A stretch of 64,000 nt of DNA from an uncultured delta proteobacterium (GTDB lineage: Bacteria; Desulfobacterota; Syntrophorhabdia; Syntrophorhabdales; WCHB1-27): contig CAWEPK010000017.1 of assembly GCA_963810935.1 (NCBI GenBank), forward strand, positions 32,001-96,000, written 5' to 3'. Positions 1-10,026 of this stretch are shown here, piece by piece. The translations under genes were made by a program, and so were the position numbers. The notes beneath the pieces were generated by a model. The model saw only the letters and a program-made list of their open reading frames with translations, was not told the origin of the DNA and searched no databases. Numbering within the stretch: position 1 is the stretch's first letter; the number at the start of each line of letters is the position of its first letter.

Positions 1-140
1 AGGCCCTCATCCACGGCAACCGGCTGCTCGTAAGTGAAGACGTTGCCGCAGACCGAGCAGCGCATTTTCTGGTAAGGCGGTTTTATCCTGTCTTCGTCTA
101 TGCGGTATTTTCTCTTGCAGGAAGGGCAGGTGATAATCAT
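1..140 (-). CDS. MJ0042-type zinc-ribbon protein, N-terminal part (runs off window)
   Basis: Manual translation MIITCPSCKRKYRIDEDRIKPPYQKMRCSVCGNVF shows the CxxC..CxxC zinc ribbon; not in ORF track. Confidence 0.8.
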   Translation of the reverse strand, partial: MIITCPSCKRKYRIDEDRIKPPYQKMRCSVCGNVFTYEQPVAVDEG

Positions 141-180
141 ATTGCGTCCGGGAAGGGGGGCTTCACGCCCCCCCTACCCC

Positions 181-1176
181 TTATCTAGTCAACTTTTTCT
201 TGAATTCGTCAATCAATTTCGGCACGACCTGGTTAATGTCACCTACGATCCCGTAAGAGGCGATCTTGAAAATAGGCGCCTCTGCGTCTTTATTGATGGC
301 TACGATGCAGTCGGACGTCCTCATGCCTGCCAGGTGCTGGATGGCGCCCGAAATGCCGCAGGCGATGTAGATTTTCGGCTTCACTGTCTTGCCCGTCTGC
401 CCGACCTGGTGCTCCTGGGGTATCCAGCCGGAGTCGACCGCAGCGCGCGATGCGCCAAGTGCGCCGCCCAGGGTATTGGCCAACTGCTGAAGGATGCCGA
501 AGCCTTCAGGCTTGCCTACGCCCCTGCCGCCGGAAACGATGATGTCCGCCTCGACCAGGTTGACCGTCACTTCCGATTTGATGAACTCGAGGACCTTCGT
601 CCGCAGGGTGTCCTCTGCGACCGCGACCGACTCCTTCACCACTTCGGCTGCCTTCGACGTGTCGCGCTCCGCCATTGCGAAGACCTTCGGCCTTACGGTG
701 GCAAGCTGGGGCTTCGTCTTCGTGTTGATGACGCTTACCAGGTAGGCGCCGCCGAACGCGGCCCTGGTCATCTTGACTGCATTGCTCTCGCCGAGCTCCA
801 GCCCGATGGCGTCCGACCCGAGACCTGTCTCAAGGGCGGCCGCGCAGACGGCTGAGAGGTCCGCGCCCTGCGTCGTCGCCCTGTAAAGGACTACGTCGGG
901 GCTATATTTCTTCATCACCTCGGAGGCTGCCTTGCCGTAGGCCTCTCCCCTGAACGTCTTGAAGGGGGCCCCGTCAACTGCATAGACCTTCGACGCGCCG
1001 TAGTAGCCGGCCTCTTTGGCCATCTCGTCCGTGTTCTCGCCTATAACCAGGGCGCAGAGGTTCGAGCCCAAATCGCCCGCGAGCTTCTTGCCGATCCCGA
1101 AGAGCTCGAAAGCCATAGGCGTGAAAGCGCCGTCTTTATGCTCCACGTATACCCAAATATCTTTATGATCGCTCAT
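181..1176 (-). CDS. etfA: Electron transfer flavoprotein alpha subunit
   Basis: [40 protein letters not shown] motifs. Confidence 0.97.
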   Translation of the reverse strand: MSDHKDIWVYVEHKDGAFTPMAFELFGIGKKLAGDLGSNLCALVIGENTDEMAKEAGYYGASKVYAVDGAPFKTFRGEAYGKAASEVMKKYSPDVVLYRATTQGADLSAVCAAALETGLGSDAIGLELGESNAVKMTRAAFGGAYLVSVINTKTKPQLATVRPKVFAMAERDTSKAAEVVKESVAVAEDTLRTKVLEFIKSEVTVNLVEADIIVSGGRGVGKPEGFGILQQLANTLGGALGASRAAVDSGWIPQEHQVGQTGKTVKPKIYIACGISGAIQHLAGMRTSDCIVAINKDAEAPIFKIASYGIVGDINQVVPKLIDEFKKKLTR

Positions 1177-1187
1177 ACCAGCCTCCC

Positions 1188-1985
1188 TTATTTAATAACT
1201 TTGAGATCAAGGAGCTTCTCTACGAGGAGGGCCCCTACCTGATCCACGTCGCCGGCAAGCATCTCACCGGCCGCCCTCGGAGGGGGTGTAGTAAGCTCGA
1301 TCACTTTCATTGCGGCGCCTTCCGTACCTGCTTTTTCCTTCGCCGCGCCGATTTCGGCCGCATCCCAGACAGGTATCTGGACCTTGGCGGCCTTCCTGAT
1401 GCCCATGAGGTTCGGCAGTCTCGGCTCGTTGATGCCCTTGAGCACCGATACGACGGCGGGAAGCTGCGCCTCGATGACCTCTCTGCCGCCCTCGATATTG
1501 CGCTCGACCTTGATCTTCTTGCCCGCGGCGTCGATGTCGATGATCTTGCCGACAAAGCTGAGCTGAGAATATCCGAGCCGCGTTGCAAGCTCGGTAGCGA
1601 CGATGCCCGTGTTGCCGTCGGTCGCCTGTTTTCCGCACAGGACGAGGTCTGCATCGCCTATCTTCTCGATCGCTTTGGCGAGCACGTAGGACGTCCCCAG
1701 CGTGTCGGAGCCGGCCAGGGCAGGGTCGGTGATCTGGTGCACTTCATCTACGCCGAGGGCGAGGCTGTTCCTCAGCACGTCGGCGGCCTTCTCGGGGCCC
1801 ATCGATATCGCCACGATCTCGGCGTCATACTTCTCCTTCGTGAGAAGCGCTTCCTCCAGTGCAAACTCGTCGAAAGGATTTGTGACAGAATCCATATCCT
1901 CTCTCTTAAGGGTGCCCTTCTGGAGGTCCCATTTGACTTCGGCTTCTGTGTCAGGAACCTGTTTTATGCACACGACGATCTTCAC
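1188..1985 (-). CDS. etfB: Electron transfer flavoprotein beta subunit
   Basis: MKIVVCIKQVPD, NPFDEFALEEAL, GKQATDG, INEPR motifs; adjacent to etfA. Confidence 0.97.
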   Translation of the reverse strand: MKIVVCIKQVPDTEAEVKWDLQKGTLKREDMDSVTNPFDEFALEEALLTKEKYDAEIVAISMGPEKAADVLRNSLALGVDEVHQITDPALAGSDTLGTSYVLAKAIEKIGDADLVLCGKQATDGNTGIVATELATRLGYSQLSFVGKIIDIDAAGKKIKVERNIEGGREVIEAQLPAVVSVLKGINEPRLPNLMGIRKAAKVQIPVWDAAEIGAAKEKAGTEGAAMKVIELTTPPPRAAGEMLAGDVDQVGALLVEKLLDLKVIK

Positions 1986-2007
1986 GGCATCCTCCTTTCG
2001 GATTTAA

Positions 2008-2790
2008 TTATTCACCACGATACGTGGGTTTTCGCTTCTCCAGGAAAGCCTTCATCCCTTCTTTCTGGTCGGCTGTGCCGAAGCAAAGGCCGAAAGCCTT
2101 CGCCTCCACGTCCAGGCCGGAATCGGTATCGAGGTAAAGGCTCTTGTTGATGCAAGACTTCGCGAGCCCGATCCCCACCGGCCCCGCGGCCAGCATTTTG
2201 CCGGCCAATTCCCGCACTGCCTCCGCCAACTGCCCGTCGGGCGTCACCTTATTGATGAGACCCATCACGTAGGCTTCCTGGGCGCTTATCACCTTGCCCG
2301 TGAAGATAAGCTCCTTGGCGTTCGCCAGGCCCGCGAGCTTGGCGGTCCGCTGCGTGCCGCCGAAGCCGGGGAGAATGCCCAGCGTAACTTCCGGGAACCC
2401 CATTTTCGCTTTTTCCGTTGCATAAATGATATCACAAGCGAGGGCAAGCTCAAAGCCCCCGCCCAAAGCGTAGCCGTTGACCGCCGCGATGACCGGCTTG
2501 TCCATCCTTTCCAAAAGCAGCATGGCCGCGTGCCCCTTCTCGGAGAAGACCGTCCCCTCCATGGGGCGCATGGGCTGCATCTCCGCGATGTCCGCCCCCG
2601 CGACGAACGCCTTGTCGCCTTCGCCGGTCACAACGACGACCCTTACGCCCGGGTCGGCGGCGAGCACACCAGCGGCTGCCGTAAGGTCGTCGAGCGTTGC
2701 CGAGTTGAGCGCGTTGAGCGCCTTCGGCCTGTTTATCTTGATTGTGCCTACGCCTCCGGCGACCTCCAGGATCAGGTTGTCGTAAGGCAT
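2008..2790 (-). CDS. crt: Enoyl-CoA hydratase (crotonase)
   Basis: NRPKALNAL, AFVAGADI, GYALGGGFELALACD, PEVTLGILPGFGGTQR. Confidence 0.92.
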   Translation of the reverse strand: MPYDNLILEVAGGVGTIKINRPKALNALNSATLDDLTAAAGVLAADPGVRVVVVTGEGDKAFVAGADIAEMQPMRPMEGTVFSEKGHAAMLLLERMDKPVIAAVNGYALGGGFELALACDIIYATEKAKMGFPEVTLGILPGFGGTQRTAKLAGLANAKELIFTGKVISAQEAYVMGLINKVTPDGQLAEAVRELAGKMLAAGPVGIGLAKSCINKSLYLDTDSGLDVEAKAFGLCFGTADQKEGMKAFLEKRKPTYRGE

Positions 2791-2791
2791 A

Positions 2792-4075
2792 TTACGCCTC
2801 CCTCTCCACTATCATGGCCATGCCCTGGCCGCCGCCGATGCACATGGTGGCGATGCCGTACTTGAGGCCGAGCCTGGGGAGCTGGTGCATAAGCGTTACG
2901 ACGAGCCGCGCGCCCGTGCAGCCGATGGGATGGCCTATCGAGATGCCGCCGCCGTGGATGTTCACCCGGTTCGTGTCGAGCTTCAGCTCCCTGATATTCG
3001 AGATCGCCTGCGAGGCGAAGGCCTCGTTGAGCTCGATCATGTCTATCTTGTCGGTAGTGAGACCGGCCTTTTTCAATGCCTTCTTGACTGCGGGAACCGG
3101 CCCGAGGCCCATATACTGCGGGTCCACGCCGCCTGCCGCCCAGGAGACTATCTTGCCGATAGGCTTGATGCCCAGCTCTTTCGCCTTGTCCCGCGACATT
3201 AAAACGACCGCCGCCGCCGCGTCGTTGAGGCCGGAGGCGTTGCCTGCCGTGACCGTGCCGCCCTTCTTGAAGGCGGTCCCGAGCTTGCCCATCTTCTCCA
3301 TCGAGGTGTCCATGGGCCGCTCGTCCACTTCGAAGACGATCGGGTCTCCCTTCTTCTGGGGCATGACCACGGGAATGATCTCAGGCTTGAGCCAGCCTTC
3401 CTTGATCGCCTTGCGCGCCCTCTGGTGGCTGACGAGGCCGAACATATCCTGCTCTTCGCGGCTGATGCCGTACTTCTCGGCAATGTTTTCGGCAGTCAGG
3501 CCCATATGGTAGCCGTAGAAGATCTCCCAGACACCGTCCATGACCATGAGGTCAACCGCCTCGGTGTTGAACATGCGGGCGCCCCACCGCAGGGATGGAA
3601 GGATAAAGGGGGCCTGGCTCATGTTTTCCATGCCGCCCGCCACGATTACCTCCGCGTCGCCGGTCATGATCGCCTGGGCGCCGCTCACTATCGACCGCAG
3701 CCCGGAAGCGCAGACCTTATTGACTGTAAAGGCGTTCGCCTCCTTCGGCACGCCGCCGAATATCGCGGCCTGGCGGGCGGTGTTCTGCCCCTGCCCCGCC
3801 TGGAGCACGTTGCCCATTATTACTTCGTCTATATCGACCTCTTTTAAAGAGGCGTCGAAGTCGTAATACTTGCCTTCGAGGTCCGTGTCGAGCTTCCCGC
3901 CGAAAATCTCAGGGGCGAATTCCTTGTCCTTCGTCCTGGACGGCTTGATCCCCGCCCGCTTGATCGCTTCCTTAATAACAAGCCCCCCCAGCTTGACTAC
4001 AGGCACGTCCTTGAGGCTTTGTCCGAACTGTCCGACGGCAGTCCTCGCGGCTGAAACTATGACCACGTCTCTCAT
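2792..4075 (-). CDS. Acetyl-CoA acetyltransferase (thiolase)
   Basis: NKVCASG, NEAFA, GHPIGCTG, CIGGGQG catalytic motifs. Confidence 0.96.
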   Translation of the reverse strand: MRDVVIVSAARTAVGQFGQSLKDVPVVKLGGLVIKEAIKRAGIKPSRTKDKEFAPEIFGGKLDTDLEGKYYDFDASLKEVDIDEVIMGNVLQAGQGQNTARQAAIFGGVPKEANAFTVNKVCASGLRSIVSGAQAIMTGDAEVIVAGGMENMSQAPFILPSLRWGARMFNTEAVDLMVMDGVWEIFYGYHMGLTAENIAEKYGISREEQDMFGLVSHQRARKAIKEGWLKPEIIPVVMPQKKGDPIVFEVDERPMDTSMEKMGKLGTAFKKGGTVTAGNASGLNDAAAAVVLMSRDKAKELGIKPIGKIVSWAAGGVDPQYMGLGPVPAVKKALKKAGLTTDKIDMIELNEAFASQAISNIRELKLDTNRVNIHGGGISIGHPIGCTGARLVVTLMHQLPRLGLKYGIATMCIGGGQGMAMIVEREA

Positions 4076-4322
4076 ATATCACCTCTTCGGTTTTTGTTAG
4101 CAAAAAATTTCACATACTTTTAACGTAATCGGGAGCTTTTGTCAATTCTTTTGATACCCTCGGAAAGGGAGGCGGGGCAGCACGGACACCGCCCCTGCAA
4201 AACGCCCAATTGGGCTTGTCCCACAATAGAATAACGCTTTTGCCTGCATCGGATTAGAACAGCGTATGCGAGGAGCACTGTCGCCTCCACAAGCAGATAG
4301 AGGCTGTCTACCAGGAGGGATA

Positions 4323-4571
4323 ATGAAGGCATTGATCGGTATTTGCATCATTTCGGCTTTTTAGTCTGCTCTTGCGCAACGGACGAAGGCTACAACACAC
4401 AGAAGGGTGCGGTTATCGGGGCCATCTGCGGCGCGCTGGCCGGACAGCCCCTCGGGGGCCACACGGGCTCGACCTCATAGGCGCTGCCGCGGGCGCCCTT
4501 ACAGGAGCGGTGGTAGGGAACGCCCCGCCCACAGGGCCTGGGTGCCGGTAAATCCACAAACCGGTCCGTAG
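4323..4571 (+). pseudogene. Glycine-zipper lipoprotein, frameshifted and apparently internally truncated
   Basis: RBS AGGAGG then ATG 4323. Restoring one base near 4360 and one near 4474 gives MKALIGICIISAFLVCSCATDEGYNTQKGAVIGAICGALAGQ..GSTLIGAAAGALTGAVVGNA, with a PAHRAWVPVNP tail in another frame. Confidence 0.7.
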
Positions 4572-4628
4572 AAGGGGTCAGCCCTTGAGGGCCTGTTGCC
4601 CAAACGACCCTTGTGATTCCCCGAGGCA

Positions 4629-5374
4629 TTATAACATTTCCCGTCGGTGCTTGCTTCCTACAGTTTTCTCAAGGTTTATTGCGCCGTCGGGACTCTTGCT
4701 GAACAAGCTTGCCAGAAGGACGGCAAGAATCCCGGTGAGAAAAATGCCGTCGAACGTTCCTGCCCCTCCGATCGACGCAACGGGTGCGGCTAGGCCCGTA
4801 TCTTTCCGAGATTGAGTAAATCGGCCCCGACAAGTGTGCCCAGGCTTCCGGCAATGTACGCGAGCGAGGGAGCGTAACGGCGCGACAGGAGGATACCTAC
4901 CGCCGCAGCGACCAGCGGAGGAATGTACGTAGGTACCGCAATCCCAACCCCCTTGAGCGGCTCGGCGAGCATGTGCACAACCATGGCAACGATTGCCACG
5001 CCGAGGAGGCTTCGGCCCGGCATCTTGTTTTTCATCAGCAAGTACACAGAAAGGAAGGCGGGGATGATCGCGCCGCCGAGGTTAACGGCAATTATAGTTC
5101 CAGGCGGGCCTTTCACCTGTGGAATGACATGAAGCATTCCGTGAAAGCAGGCAAGCCCTGCCTGGCTGACCGGGCAGGGAGGAAGCTGCCATAAGGGAAT
5201 GTTGACATAGCTCCCAAAGAACGAGAGGGCGAGCAGAAGAAACATATGGCGTTGCCCCACCCCTATCCTGTGGAAGGCGTAGCGAAGGATCCCTATCTCC
5301 ACCATCGCCATCAGCACGACGAGGAAAATCGCAAACAGAACCAGGAAAGGAAATGCGACAGGGAAATAGTGCAC
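4629..5374 (-). CDS. DUF1614-family membrane protein (frameshift near 4795)
   Basis: GSYVNIPL, IAVNLGGAIIP, GTLVGADLLNL; conserved tail VASIGGAGTFDGIFLTGILAVLLA continues in another frame to TAA at 4629. Confidence 0.85.
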
Positions 5375-5426
5375 GGGCCTACCTTAAAAAAGCCGACTCC
5401 ATCCTATCTATGGGGAGAAAACGCGA

Positions 5427-5828
5427 TCATAGCAGAACACAGTCTCCTTTGATCCATTTTATCTCCCATTTCTTTGCTTCAGGGTCCAACAGCACTTTGA
5501 AGCTCCATACGCCGTGAGGCGCGAGTCTGCTGTCGATGTCCTCCCCGTCGCCTATTCCGGAGCCGGACTTATCGTAGAAGTTTACATGAACTATTACGTC
5601 GCGGCATTGCTGGTTTGAGTCATTCCGGACGCTGCCTGCGGCGTATAGCAAATCTCCTCCGCCTTCGGAATGGCTTTCGACCAACTGTAAAAAACCCGGC
5701 GTGATATTTACGCTGCCCGCCTGTGTTCCGTCGTTATCTCTTTCAGCGGCTATGCAGTTAATAGCAAGGCATAAGAACATGAATATCATGCAAAAGGAAA
5801 GCGTATGCCAAACGATATGCTTTTTCAT
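5427..5828 (-). CDS. Exported FxLYD-domain protein
   Basis: Signal peptide; GSVRNDS..VHVNFYDKSG..L.P.GVWSFKV pattern. Confidence 0.7.
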   Translation of the reverse strand: MKKHIVWHTLSFCMIFMFLCLAINCIAAERDNDGTQAGSVNITPGFLQLVESHSEGGGDLLYAAGSVRNDSNQQCRDVIVHVNFYDKSGSGIGDGEDIDSRLAPHGVWSFKVLLDPEAKKWEIKWIKGDCVLL

Positions 5829-6026
5829 ACGTTCACCCCTCCCGACTCGATATCATCGATGTGACTTTACAAAACGAATATATACCTCCCATGCCACGGC
5901 CGCAAAGAGATAGGAATGGGCCGGCCGCTGCCCTCGGTTTATTTCTGCTTCTCCCATATCGGGCGATTATATTGTGGGTGAATTCCGAAAGAAGGAACAA
6001 TTTACCGAATAAGGAGGAACGCAGAT

Positions 6027-6569
6027 ATGATGCCAAGATCGTTCGGTCTGGTGGTCATGGTTGCTGTCATAGGTTTCAGCTTGGCGGCTTGTGGGTGTTT
6101 TCAGCAGAAGATGAGGGGCGAGGCAGCGCCGCCCGCAGCGCCCGAGCAAAAAACAGTTGTCGCGCCTGAACAGAAGGAACGGATCGTTGTGAATGAAGAG
6201 GGGAAAGGGGCCGTCGCAAGAGCCGCGCTCGCCTCGGTTCTCCAGGACGTCTACTTCGATTTTGACAGGTACAACATAAGGCCGGGCGACGCCGAGACGC
6301 TCAAGGAGGACTACGCCTGGATACGGTTGAATACCGGCGGCAAGGTGAGGATCGAAGGGAATTGCGACGAGAGAGGGACCGTCGAGTACAACCTGGCCCT
6401 CGGTCAGAAGAGGGCGGACACCGCGAAGGCATTTCTAGTCAGCCTGGGTGCGGACACGAGCCGCCTGGATACTGTTAGCTATGGGAAAGAGAAGCCCGTG
6501 GACCAAGGACACAACGAAGAGGCGTGGGCGAAGAACAGAAGGGACCATTTCACACCCATCGGCCAATGA
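6027..6569 (+). CDS. pal: Peptidoglycan-associated lipoprotein (OmpA-like)
   Basis: Lipobox LAAC; VYFDFD, IEGNCDERGTVEYNLALGQKRA, SYGKEKP, KNRR. Confidence 0.93.
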   Translation: MMPRSFGLVVMVAVIGFSLAACGCFQQKMRGEAAPPAAPEQKTVVAPEQKERIVVNEEGKGAVARAALASVLQDVYFDFDRYNIRPGDAETLKEDYAWIRLNTGGKVRIEGNCDERGTVEYNLALGQKRADTAKAFLVSLGADTSRLDTVSYGKEKPVDQGHNEEAWAKNRRDHFTPIGQ

Positions 6570-6610
6570 GGCAGGGAAAGATAATGGGGGTTGTTTTCCA
6601 CGTCCGGCAA

Positions 6611-6760
6611 GATGGAAACCGCTACGGGCAAAGTCACCGCCATCGACCCGCAGGGAAAGGGGACCATCATCTCTGCGAAAATGGGCAATGAATCAATGGA
6701 CGTCGGAGAGCTGTAGTGGACAAAGATACAGTATTCAAGGCCGATGGTAAAAAGGGGGAT
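6611..6760 (+). pseudogene. Fragment of a small OB-fold-like protein
   Basis: METATGKVTAIDPQGKGTIISAKMGNESMDVG then VDKDTVFKADGKK, interrupted by a stop. Confidence 0.3.
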
Positions 6761-7050
6761 ACGACGGCGGGCGGGGCGCGGTCCAAAAGAAACCTCATAA
6801 CAGGGTCATCGAATGGAAACACTCATTTTTCAATCTTCACAACAAAGTGGGGAAATGCGCGCTCCTCGCCTGCCGCATCGGGTCGGAAGGTTTCGACAAA
6901 CTAGGCTATGTGTCGTTTTATTCTCGACAGTCTTGTCGATACGCCGGGCCTATATGAATAAGAAACATCCATGATATCATATTGTTCTATATCCTCTCCG
7001 ACTTGGCATGAATGTTGCTTGAAACCGTACTGTGCAAGGAGGGGCACAAT

Positions 7051-7353
7051 ATGAGAAAATGCTCCTCGACAAATAGCCTTTTCCGCCGAGCACCATTTTG
7101 TCTCGCCGTTATCCTTATTATGCTGCTCGCGCTGCTGCCCGCAAAAAAGCTTATAACCATCGAAACAGGCGGCCTGGAAAACCAATTTCAAGTGGCTCAG
7201 GACGCAAACGATCCGGCTGCCCTGGCGGGCTGCGTTTGCGGTCCACTCTTCTCCGAAGAGACTTCTTACCTTACCCCTGACGCAGCAGTCCCTTTCCATG
7301 AATCTTTGGTGGTCCACACCCATTCCTACCGAGGTCCGCCCGTTCTTTCCTGA
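7051..7353 (+). CDS. Small protein with hydrophobic N-terminal segment, CxC and C-terminal RGPP (candidate arrest peptide)
   Basis: RBS AAGGAGGGG before ATG 7051; FCLAVILIMLLALL; GCVCG; ends HTHSYRGPPVLS. Confidence 0.6.
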   Translation: MRKCSSTNSLFRRAPFCLAVILIMLLALLPAKKLITIETGGLENQFQVAQDANDPAALAGCVCGPLFSEETSYLTPDAAVPFHESLVVHTHSYRGPPVLS

Positions 7354-7524
7354 TCCTTACATCGGTTCCGGTCCATTCTATACTCAATTCCCTTAGCACG
7401 TTTTTTATGCTTGGGCTCTTGGGGTTCAGAGAGACGAAGTATCGGATCTCTAAAAATATGAGGAGCGATCCATGGAAACAATGGTACAGATCAACCGCCG
7501 GAAAACCGCAGCGCCACAAGGGAG

Positions 7525-8088
7525 GTGGAAAGATGTTCCGCCGGCCACGAAATACCGGATGCACCCGGAGGTTACATGAGGCCGGGACCGCTGGACCTGA
7601 ACATTTGCATCAATCGTCTTGCCGGGCTGCTTTCGCCGTTCGAAAGGATCAGCCTTAGAACGGTCCTCGGGGGCAACGTGCTGCTCGTTATGGCAGACCC
7701 GGATCTGATGGCCGCTATGTTCTTCACCATCGTAGAATGCGCGGGCCGTCTTGCACCCGGTGGTACCGTCACGATCCACACCGCCTTGGCGCCTCTCCAA
7801 ACGGGACTGGTGTCGAAAGGAATGGGCAACGCCTGCGTACTCCTTTCATTCCATGCAGCAGCCAAGGGGGGGCGGAGGATACGCCTTAACTCCCCGGGAC
7901 ACGATAACGTCCTCCGTCCCCTTTCCACTGTCCGGGATATACTGGAGGCGCATCATGGCTGCGTCAGGATGCGCCTCCGCGCTACGGATATAACCTTCAA
8001 CGCCTACCTTCCGGCCTTGAGGCACATGCCGGTTCAGGCAGGCGGAGATAGCGAGGCCGTCTTTGACGTCCGAAAGGAGGGGCAATGA
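7525..8088 (+). CDS. Degenerate histidine-kinase ATPase (HATPase)-like protein
   Basis: PLDLN..I, VMADP, GGTVTIHT, LSTVRDILEAHHG, FNAYLP resemble hybrid-kinase CA domains but the N/G boxes are lost; true start may be ATG 7472 with a frameshift. Confidence 0.55.
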   Translation: MERCSAGHEIPDAPGGYMRPGPLDLNICINRLAGLLSPFERISLRTVLGGNVLLVMADPDLMAAMFFTIVECAGRLAPGGTVTIHTALAPLQTGLVSKGMGNACVLLSFHAAAKGGRRIRLNSPGHDNVLRPLSTVRDILEAHHGCVRMRLRATDITFNAYLPALRHMPVQAGGDSEAVFDVRKEGQ

Positions 8089-8309
8089 GGGTTCCGATAA
8101 TAAGGGAGGGAGCGATTTCTATCGTCTTCGATGAGGATGACGTGAGGCAGACATGCCGGCTCCTCAAATGCAGGAAGCAAAGCGACGACTGCATAGCGCT
8201 TATGTCTAATAATGCCATGCAATGCGTGCCGTGTTACGCAACCCTGCGATTGTTGAACCGGCCTTTCAGGATGAGGATAAACAGGCATGCGGCCGAGCAT
8301 CGGAACTAA
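8085..8309 (+). CDS. Small Cys-rich hypothetical protein
   Basis: RBS AAGGAGGGG; ATGA overlap with upstream ORF. Confidence 0.45.
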   Translation: MRVPIIREGAISIVFDEDDVRQTCRLLKCRKQSDDCIALMSNNAMQCVPCYATLRLLNRPFRMRINRHAAEHRN

Positions 8310-8440
8310 CGGTAAAGGGAGGCGTTACATTAAGTCTATGGTTGTCAATGCGGGGCGTGTGATTGAAATCGACGGGTGGACTCAAGGCCGATGGCCTTGA
8401 GTAGGCGATATAACATTATGAAATTAAAAGGAGATGCCAT

Positions 8441-8971
8441 ATGAAACATTTAACGGTGTTCGGATTGGCTGCGTTGGCCCTGGTGCTGGGAATTGCGGGA
8501 TGCAGCAAAGGAAATATGGCCGAAGCGCCCAAGCAGGAATATGTCACGAAAAACCTGGTCCCCTCGAAGGCTGATATCAAAGGGGCGGACTTCGAGATCC
8601 AGGTGGAGAGCCTTCAGCTTACGATGTATGTGGACCCGACATCCAAGGAGGTGGTCAAGACGCCCTCTCTCGGAGGCCATTACAAGATAACCAACACATC
8701 GAAAGATGTCCTGGACGTCCAGGGAGTCACAGTCGAATACCTGGACGAGCAGGGCAAGGTTATTCCCTTCAGCCTCGGGTAGAAAATAGCCAAGGCTTCC
8801 ATGATGTTAAGCAAGATAAATCCCGGCGAGGTAGCCGAAGGGTCCCTGGATGTTACGTTTCCGAGGGCGGCATTAAAGACCCTGGGGAGCATAGATTTCA
8901 ATCTTGTCTTTATCCCGTCCCCCCTTAAGAGAGAGACGCTCAAGATGCCCGAGAAAATAGAACAGAAGTAA
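8441..8971 (+). CDS. Lipoprotein interrupted by an in-frame TAG at 8780-8782
   Basis: RBS GGAG; lipobox IAGC; the frame stays open after the TAG (KIAKASMML..KMPEKIEQK) to TAA 8969-8971, followed by a terminator. Confidence 0.7.
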
Positions 8972-8985
8972 GAGGGCGAATCCGG

Positions 8986-9026
8986 GAGGAAGCCCCCGAT
9001 GACAGATTGTCGGGGGCTTCCTCTTT
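8986..9026 (+). terminator. Intrinsic terminator-like hairpin
   Basis: GAGGAAGCCCCCGA / TCGGGGGCTTCCTC inverted repeat followed by TTT. Confidence 0.65.
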
Positions 9027-9042
9027 CGGGCTGCATATAGCA

Positions 9043-9402
9043 ATGACTTCCTGGTCACTGAGGCCTGATATGAAAATTCGGTTAGATTGCGCGAGAATGG
9101 AGCGCGCCTTTCTTAACCTCGTCAGCAATGCCATAGACGCCACTCCGGAAGGCAAATCGGTGATCGTCCGCACTGCCTTCATAGATGGCAAGGCCCTGTT
9201 CGAAGTCACGGACCGGGGCCCGGGAATACCGGCGGAGCACAGGAAAAAGATATTCGAGCCATTTTTCACGACCAAGCAGCATGGTACAGGACTCGGCCTT
9301 GCCATAGCACTCAAAGTTGTTGAAGCACACGCCGGAGAGCTCAAGGTGTTGCAGTCTGAGGAAGGGGGCGCCGTCTTCAGGGTCTTCCTTCCGTTGTCGT
9401 AA
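9043..9402 (+). pseudogene. Orphan histidine kinase CA-domain fragment
   Basis: FLNLVSNAIDA, VTDRGPGI, IFEPFFTTK, GTGLGL intact, but no DHp or sensor part upstream. Confidence 0.75.
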
Positions 9403-9696
9403 AAGGCACCTGTTTCGAAGAAGGTCCGTGCCGTTTGACGCCATGCCGGCAACTGCCAAGGCATTGTTCTCGAGCTATGGTGACCCCGGTGCTTCGAAAT
9501 CAACCACCCCTTCAAAACCCGATCACCGGCACGGGTTCGCTTCCGCTGTGTGCCGTCTGCCGACCAATAGCCTTCCCCGAGACGCCTCATCCGGCCGTCT
9601 ACCTCTTGCGCTCCTTTAGTACTTCTTCACAAGACGGCATGTACTCCTTGTAAGGTATCGTCATGAGGTCACCGGTAACGAGGTGACCTGAGACCT

Positions 9697-9783
9697 TGGA
9701 GCAAATAGGGGACGTAGTTGACCAACGTGACGAGACAAATGGAGCAAATAGGGGACGTAGTTGACCAACGTGACGAGACAAAT
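9697..9783. repeat. Exact 43-bp tandem duplication
   Basis: TGGAGCAAATAGGGGACGTAGTTGACCAACGTGACGAGACAAA at 9697 and 9740. Confidence 0.95.
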
Positions 9784-10026
9784 ATTTTATCTTCTTTACG
9801 ACATAATCGAGTCAGAGCCTCAAGGATAGCCATTCCCCGGAAAGCACGCCGGACCTGAAAACTTGACAAAAATAAAAGCGACTTAGTAGCCTATACCCCT
9901 CCTTCGGGTAGAGTCGCCGCACACCTTACACTAAGACCGCGCCATGCAAGGCATATCGGGGCCCCCGGAGGTAAGGAGGCTGTTACGAATTCCAAACACG
10001 ATCATAAAAGGCGCCCTGTAAGCGCC

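Noticed and set aside
4380..4630. GC-rich structured ncRNA with a TATAAT promoter upstream of the thiolase operon
   Set aside because: Explained by a frameshifted glycine-zipper gene on the plus strand; the TATAAT overlaps the DUF1614 stop codon.
9697..9783. Mini CRISPR array
   Set aside because: Two directly abutting copies with no spacer.
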